Position numbers and translations under genes: made by a program. A model generated the notes under the pieces. It had not been told where the DNA came from. It did no database searches and was given only the letters and a program-made list of their open reading frames with translations. 64,000 nucleotides of DNA from a virus, in IMG/VR virus record IMGVR_UViG_3300034095_002552, positions 16,077-80,076 of that record. One strand, given 5' to 3'. Shown one piece after another: positions 58,171 through 64,000 of the stretch (positions within the stretch are counted from its first letter, which is position 1; the number at the start of each line of letters is the position of its first letter).

Positions 58171-58980
58171 TTAATAGGTCATAAATATTTTTACGACTGC
58201 GTCAATAATTTCCTTTGGTTCTTGAGTAGGGGCAAAATTTTCATCCCATTCTGAAGGTTGAACTTTCCAAGAATGCTGTCTAGTTGTTGAATCTATATTA
58301 TATCCCCAACATCTCAACAATCCTTTTTTAGCATCCCAATAAAGATCTATATTGAATTGTTCTGCTCTCCCAGAGGTTGGAGATTCGACTCCATGACCAC
58401 GAAATTCAAATATGTATTTGTGATAGTGTTCGTTTTTTTTCAGCATACCAATTGGAAACATACAATATGATGGATAAGTGTTTCTTACAGCCCCAAACAA
58501 TTTCAAAGACAATTTGTTGAATCCATTGAAATCTGTTTTTGCTTTATCAATCATGGTTTCATTGAGTGATGTTAAATAATCATGAATTTCAGAAGCATAT
58601 ACTTCTTCTCTGGTGTTATGATAGCCTTCTTCAAGTGGAAATATTCTTTTGCAAATCCAATCAATATGGCCAGTAGCATCTGCGATTTTTCTTCTGGTAA
58701 TTATTTTGTAAGATCCAAGTGGAGTTAATTGCAATTGCAATGCCCCAACCTCTGAACCCCATTCAATTAAGTTTTGAAATTTTTGATTTAATCTAAGATT
58801 ACCAATTGCAGGAGAATCTAAAATCTCAGATATAATCTTACTCGAATGAATTATATCAATCGGTCCATAACCAGTAATTTTTTTGGTTCCACCTTCTGGG
58901 TCATGCAATTTTTTTTCACCAAAACCAAATGATGCCCATTCTTTAAAATTCAAATGTTTGTTATAACTATAATTACTCAT
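58171..58980 (-). CDS. hypothetical protein
   Basis: 269 aa with LNFKEW near the N-terminus. Confidence 0.7.
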   Translation of the reverse strand: MSNYSYNKHLNFKEWASFGFGEKKLHDPEGGTKKITGYGPIDIIHSSKIISEILDSPAIGNLRLNQKFQNLIEWGSEVGALQLQLTPLGSYKIITRRKIADATGHIDWICKRIFPLEEGYHNTREEVYASEIHDYLTSLNETMIDKAKTDFNGFNKLSLKLFGAVRNTYPSYCMFPIGMLKKNEHYHKYIFEFRGHGVESPTSGRAEQFNIDLYWDAKKGLLRCWGYNIDSTTRQHSWKVQPSEWDENFAPTQEPKEIIDAVVKIFMTY

Positions 58981-59020
58981 GATAATATATAGAATAGAAA
59001 ATTAATATTAGGATAAAAAA

Positions 59021-59287
59021 ATGATATCGTATAAAATTTGGACTGAAACAAAACAAAGAAAATTTGAAGACTTCAAAAATGTTATTTTACCAGCATTGAA
59101 TCTTGATTCCGAAAAGGGAATTTCAACCACTATCGATTCGTTGAGTATAGACAATTTGAAAAGCAAATTGCAAAGTTTGGAGATTTTTAAATTGTTACCA
59201 ACTAAAAAGCAACAAGAAATAATGAAAAAAATAGAAGGTGAAAAAAGTGGAACTATACTTGATTTGATCAACAATATGATCAATTAG
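59021..59287 (+). CDS. hypothetical protein
   Basis: AGGA RBS; N-terminus MISYKIWTE. Confidence 0.65.
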   Translation: MISYKIWTETKQRKFEDFKNVILPALNLDSEKGISTTIDSLSIDNLKSKLQSLEIFKLLPTKKQQEIMKKIEGEKSGTILDLINNMIN

Positions 59288-60057
59288 GCGTAATTTTTAA
59301 ATAGAAATTCTAACATTTTTCTATTACATAAGGTTCTCTTTGCTAGACTAGCATTGCAAGGGGTTTCGGTTGTTAAATAGTTTATCCCCATGTTGTGAAA
59401 TTTGTTTTCAATCGAACACTTGTGCTTTGGATGCATAGAGATTTTATCTTCAGATGGATGAGAAATCAAACCATTGTCGCATTCATCTCCATGTATTTTT
59501 TTGTTTCTTATGGGAAAATAATTGCTTGCAAAATCAACAATTTTTTTCCATAAATGTATTTTTTCTTCATTTGAATAATATAAGTAAAAATCGTCACATG
59601 ATGCATCTTCGTGAAGAGTCCATAATAATTCTGGCTTATCATTCTTCAATAAATTCATAATCGCTGCGGTTTCTGGCTGAAGAGTCGGCTTGCAAAAATC
59701 CCGATTAATATCAGTGTCATTTGAATTGTTTCTTGTGTTTTTTATAAAACCAGATGTATTAAGAAGTGGAATTATTTCTAATCTTATGCTTTTTGGCATA
59801 TTTGATTTTTGCATAAAATTTAAAATACCAGTAGTTCCAGCGGTTTCATTTCCGTGAATACAACCTATGATGTAAATGCTTCTATCTATGTTTGGATTGA
59901 TTGTAGCACGATATATTGGGGTTTCTGAATCTCCAATATTTGAAATAATTGCTTTTTTGCAGTTTTTTAACTGTTTTTCAAATTCTGAATACCTTGACAA
60001 ACCAGAGTCTATAAAATTATGAAAATTCATATTTGTATCTATGAAATTTAACTCCAT
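59284..60057 (-). CDS. M14-family zinc carboxypeptidase / AstE-AspA-like hydrolase
   Basis: IHGNE, NTSGF...RNN...DINRDF, TLHED, TTETP. Confidence 0.85.
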   Translation of the reverse strand: MELNFIDTNMNFHNFIDSGLSRYSEFEKQLKNCKKAIISNIGDSETPIYRATINPNIDRSIYIIGCIHGNETAGTTGILNFMQKSNMPKSIRLEIIPLLNTSGFIKNTRNNSNDTDINRDFCKPTLQPETAAIMNLLKNDKPELLWTLHEDASCDDFYLYYSNEEKIHLWKKIVDFASNYFPIRNKKIHGDECDNGLISHPSEDKISMHPKHKCSIENKFHNMGINYLTTETPCNASLAKRTLCNRKMLEFLFKNYA

Positions 60058-60074
60058 AAAACTTACAATATTAT

Positions 60075-60350
60075 GTGAGCAAAAAATACAGTAAAAAACA
60101 GATTAAAAAATTAGTTGATAAAAAATGTTATTTTTGTCAACAGAATGACTATTCATTGCTTGATGTCCATAGAATAATTGAAGGAAAAGATGGTGGCGAA
60201 TACCACGAAATGAACACGATAACAGTTTGTGTTCTTTGTCACAGAAAGATTCACTCAGGAAGAATGAAAGTTTTTCGTAAATATACAACAACTTTGGGAA
60301 GAATTGTTTTACATTTTGTTGATGAAAATGGTGAGGAAAAATTCGAATAG
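60075..60350 (+). CDS. small HNH endonuclease
   Basis: CYFC...DVHRI..GG.Y..N...CVLCHRKIH. Confidence 0.8.
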   Translation: MSKKYSKKQIKKLVDKKCYFCQQNDYSLLDVHRIIEGKDGGEYHEMNTITVCVLCHRKIHSGRMKVFRKYTTTLGRIVLHFVDENGEEKFE

Positions 60351-60833
60351 TTACTCGAACGGATTTAAATCAGATATCTTAACATTATAACAATCAGACT
60401 TTACAATGAAATTGTTGTCTGGATCAAAATCACCCTGTTTTAAAAATTTAGCCTTTTTGAAATAATCTTCTTTCTCAAGCCAACCTAAAATATAAGCTTT
60501 TTTCCACTGGTCATTTCTTAATTCAAGTCTTACAAATGCGTAATTGGTACATTTTTGATGAATGTTAAATGCAGCCACAGAGCATTCGTAATGAGGTTTT
60601 GGTCTTGATGTACATCTTTTTGTCTTGACATCCCAAAGTATATTGTCTTGAATAATATCGTAATCATAAGTATTGCCAACAATCCCTTTGATTATTTCAT
60701 TTGCTGCTTGCTCTCCAATAAAACCAGCCATATTCCCTAATCCGCTAGTAATTGAATTTTTTATTCTTCCCATTTCAATTGATTTTCTATTTGCCCGAAC
60801 AATCATATCATTTGTTATGCCGACTTCTAACAT
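60351..60833 (-). CDS. putative PD-(D/E)xK nuclease
   Basis: GFIGE...YDYDI...DVKTK. Confidence 0.6.
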   Translation of the reverse strand: MLEVGITNDMIVRANRKSIEMGRIKNSITSGLGNMAGFIGEQAANEIIKGIVGNTYDYDIIQDNILWDVKTKRCTSRPKPHYECSVAAFNIHQKCTNYAFVRLELRNDQWKKAYILGWLEKEDYFKKAKFLKQGDFDPDNNFIVKSDCYNVKISDLNPFE

Positions 60834-60840
60834 GATACAC

Positions 60841-61152
60841 CTATATGTTTTTTAGAAAGAATTTTATCTTTTCATCATCCTTTATTATTTGATAAATTCT
60901 TTTTTTGGAATTTTCCTGTAAGAAATCCAATTTTTCTTTTTTGCTTGGTTTAAAATTACAACTTTTAATTATTGGTTCCAAACCAAACAGGAATATCCAT
61001 ATTCTATAAGTGCTATTGTTTAATTTGGAAGAAACAAAATTGTAAAATTTTATCCAATTCAATTTCCAAATCTTAAATATTTTTTCATATCTTGTACACA
61101 TTTGCTCGACTTGCGTTGTGTAAAATTCTTTGTCAAACTCAGGAATTATCAT
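60841..61152 (-). CDS. hypothetical protein
   Basis: ATGA overlap with the helicase gene. Confidence 0.55.
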   Translation of the reverse strand: MIIPEFDKEFYTTQVEQMCTRYEKIFKIWKLNWIKFYNFVSSKLNNSTYRIWIFLFGLEPIIKSCNFKPSKKEKLDFLQENSKKRIYQIIKDDEKIKFFLKNI

Positions 61153-62585
61153 ATATCCACCGTATCTTTGATTTCTATTTCGTGACCTTGATCTTTTAGT
61201 ATTTTTACTCTTCTTTTGCTATGAGTCAAAAGATATGGATTTATATTGAAAATAAAATCGTAATAATTTAATTCATTTTTATCTTTAGCCGTTCTTAGAC
61301 CACGACCCATCCTTTGAATTATTTGATGATCTGCCTGACCACCAGCAGCATTGATAAGATTATGTACCTTCACATTAATCCCTGTGTTGAAAATTTGCTG
61401 AGTAGCAATTGCAACCACAGTCTCTTTTGACTGCTGTAATTGCAATACAACTTCTTTTCTTGTTTCTGTATTATCTTTTCCTTGAACCCAAAGTGAATTT
61501 TTAAGCATTTGACTCAACTTGTCTCCATGAGCAACACGATCAACCAATATAAGTGTTCTTCCAGTACATCCTTTCGCTAATCTTGTCACAATATCATTGA
61601 AATATGTGTTTTCTGCAACTCCTCTTGTTACAGCATCAAGATAAATATCATAAGGAATGGCAGGTTCGTTAATTGGATAAAATGTACACTTGCTAGAAGA
61701 AAGAATGCCTCTTTCTTGAAGCTGTGCCGTTGTTAATACTCCACCATCTGAAGACTTTATTTTAAGAACAGGTCCAAAATATCCTTTTACTTGATGTTTT
61801 TGTACTTTATCTCTTTCTCCAAATTTGAATGGAGTTGCACTAATCGCAATTCTAATATCAGCACCTTTAAGCTTCTTGTAGACCGCCATTGGAGTTTTAC
61901 TCATCATGTCATGGATTTCATCAACGATAAGACATTTTATTTTTGGAAGAACCTTTTCCATTTTCATTACCGATTGAATGCTTGCCACAGTTATGATATT
62001 TGGCTCAACGCATTTTCCCCAAAGTCTACCAAGATTGCTAAAATTCCATTTTTTTAATTCAGAATAGTTTTGTTCTGCTAGACCAATACGATTCTGCAAA
62101 ACAAGTGTCGGTGTTCTTGGTGGAAGTGATTTCAAAATCCCTAAAAGAACATTGGTCTTTCCAGCACTTGTTGGGGCAAATATAATGCCTCTTTTTTGTT
62201 TGATTGATGTGTTTATCAAATCAACCTGATAATCATAAAGCGTTACTTTTTCGGAATTTTCAGGCAACCATTGATTTAAAAAATTTTCATTTATATTTTC
62301 AATTTCAAATTTCGTATTCGTTCTTTTGTCTTGAATTTCATATTCCATTCCAAAATGCTTCAAAGCAGCAGATATTTCAGGAATTAATCCTGTAAGAAAT
62401 CTCCCAGTCTCTTTTTTAAAAAATTCAGTGTAACCATCCCAAATCCTTTGTTTATACAATCTGCTTCTGAAATAATTTTTTTCACGAAATCTTAAGGCAT
62501 CCCAAAGAGTAGCTTTTATATTTTGGTCGGTTGTTATCAATTGCGAATAATCGTTTTCAATGACCAAAAGTGTGTTTTTTTCCAT
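61149..62585 (-). CDS. UvsW-like SF2 helicase
   Basis: WDGY, LYDYQ, APTSAGKT, VDEIH, SATP, TGIN, QRMGRGLR. Confidence 0.9.
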   Translation of the reverse strand: MEKNTLLVIENDYSQLITTDQNIKATLWDALRFREKNYFRSRLYKQRIWDGYTEFFKKETGRFLTGLIPEISAALKHFGMEYEIQDKRTNTKFEIENINENFLNQWLPENSEKVTLYDYQVDLINTSIKQKRGIIFAPTSAGKTNVLLGILKSLPPRTPTLVLQNRIGLAEQNYSELKKWNFSNLGRLWGKCVEPNIITVASIQSVMKMEKVLPKIKCLIVDEIHDMMSKTPMAVYKKLKGADIRIAISATPFKFGERDKVQKHQVKGYFGPVLKIKSSDGGVLTTAQLQERGILSSSKCTFYPINEPAIPYDIYLDAVTRGVAENTYFNDIVTRLAKGCTGRTLILVDRVAHGDKLSQMLKNSLWVQGKDNTETRKEVVLQLQQSKETVVAIATQQIFNTGINVKVHNLINAAGGQADHQIIQRMGRGLRTAKDKNELNYYDFIFNINPYLLTHSKRRVKILKDQGHEIEIKDTVDI

Positions 62586-62696
62586 ATTCTTTTCCTAAAA
62601 ATTCATTTTCATCTAGATAGATGAAAAGATCAATGTCTTATTTGAAAAATAATTTTTATTATGTGATTTATTTTTCTAAATACAACAGGAGGAATT

Positions 62697-64000
<1,304 letters not shown>

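Overview
The window is a dense, AT-rich, standard-genetic-code segment of a large T4-like (jumbo-type) myovirus genome; all calls come from motif recognition, with no database search run. It holds a contractile-tail module (gp15-like, sheath, two tube paralogues, gp26/gp51-like hub or chaperone genes) and replication/recombination genes (gp46/47, RecA/UvsX, gp32-like SSB, UvsY, DnaB, UvsW, Dda, a Hel308-like helicase, a short family-A polymerase, a resolvase). It also has nucleotide genes (pyrG, class II nrdJ, dNMP kinase, dCMP deaminase), three sigma-like proteins plus a STAS anti-anti-sigma, many glycosylation genes, and a Gly-X-Thr collagen gene running off the right end. The STAS and RimI-like proteins resemble Planctomycetota proteins, a tentative host hint. 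The main signals the ORF track misses are: (1) a three-unit stem-loop array with conserved linkers in the SSB leader; (2) a probable -1 frameshift (T TTT TTC plus a GC-rich stem) fusing the gp26-like gene to an unannotated gp51-like frame; (3) an apparently thumb-less PolA preceded by a ~450-nt structured non-coding region with its own promoter; (4) a recurrent T4-like capsid-targeting N-terminal motif on unrelated proteins; (5) a palindrome of two TATAAATA boxes just downstream of the late sigma gene.
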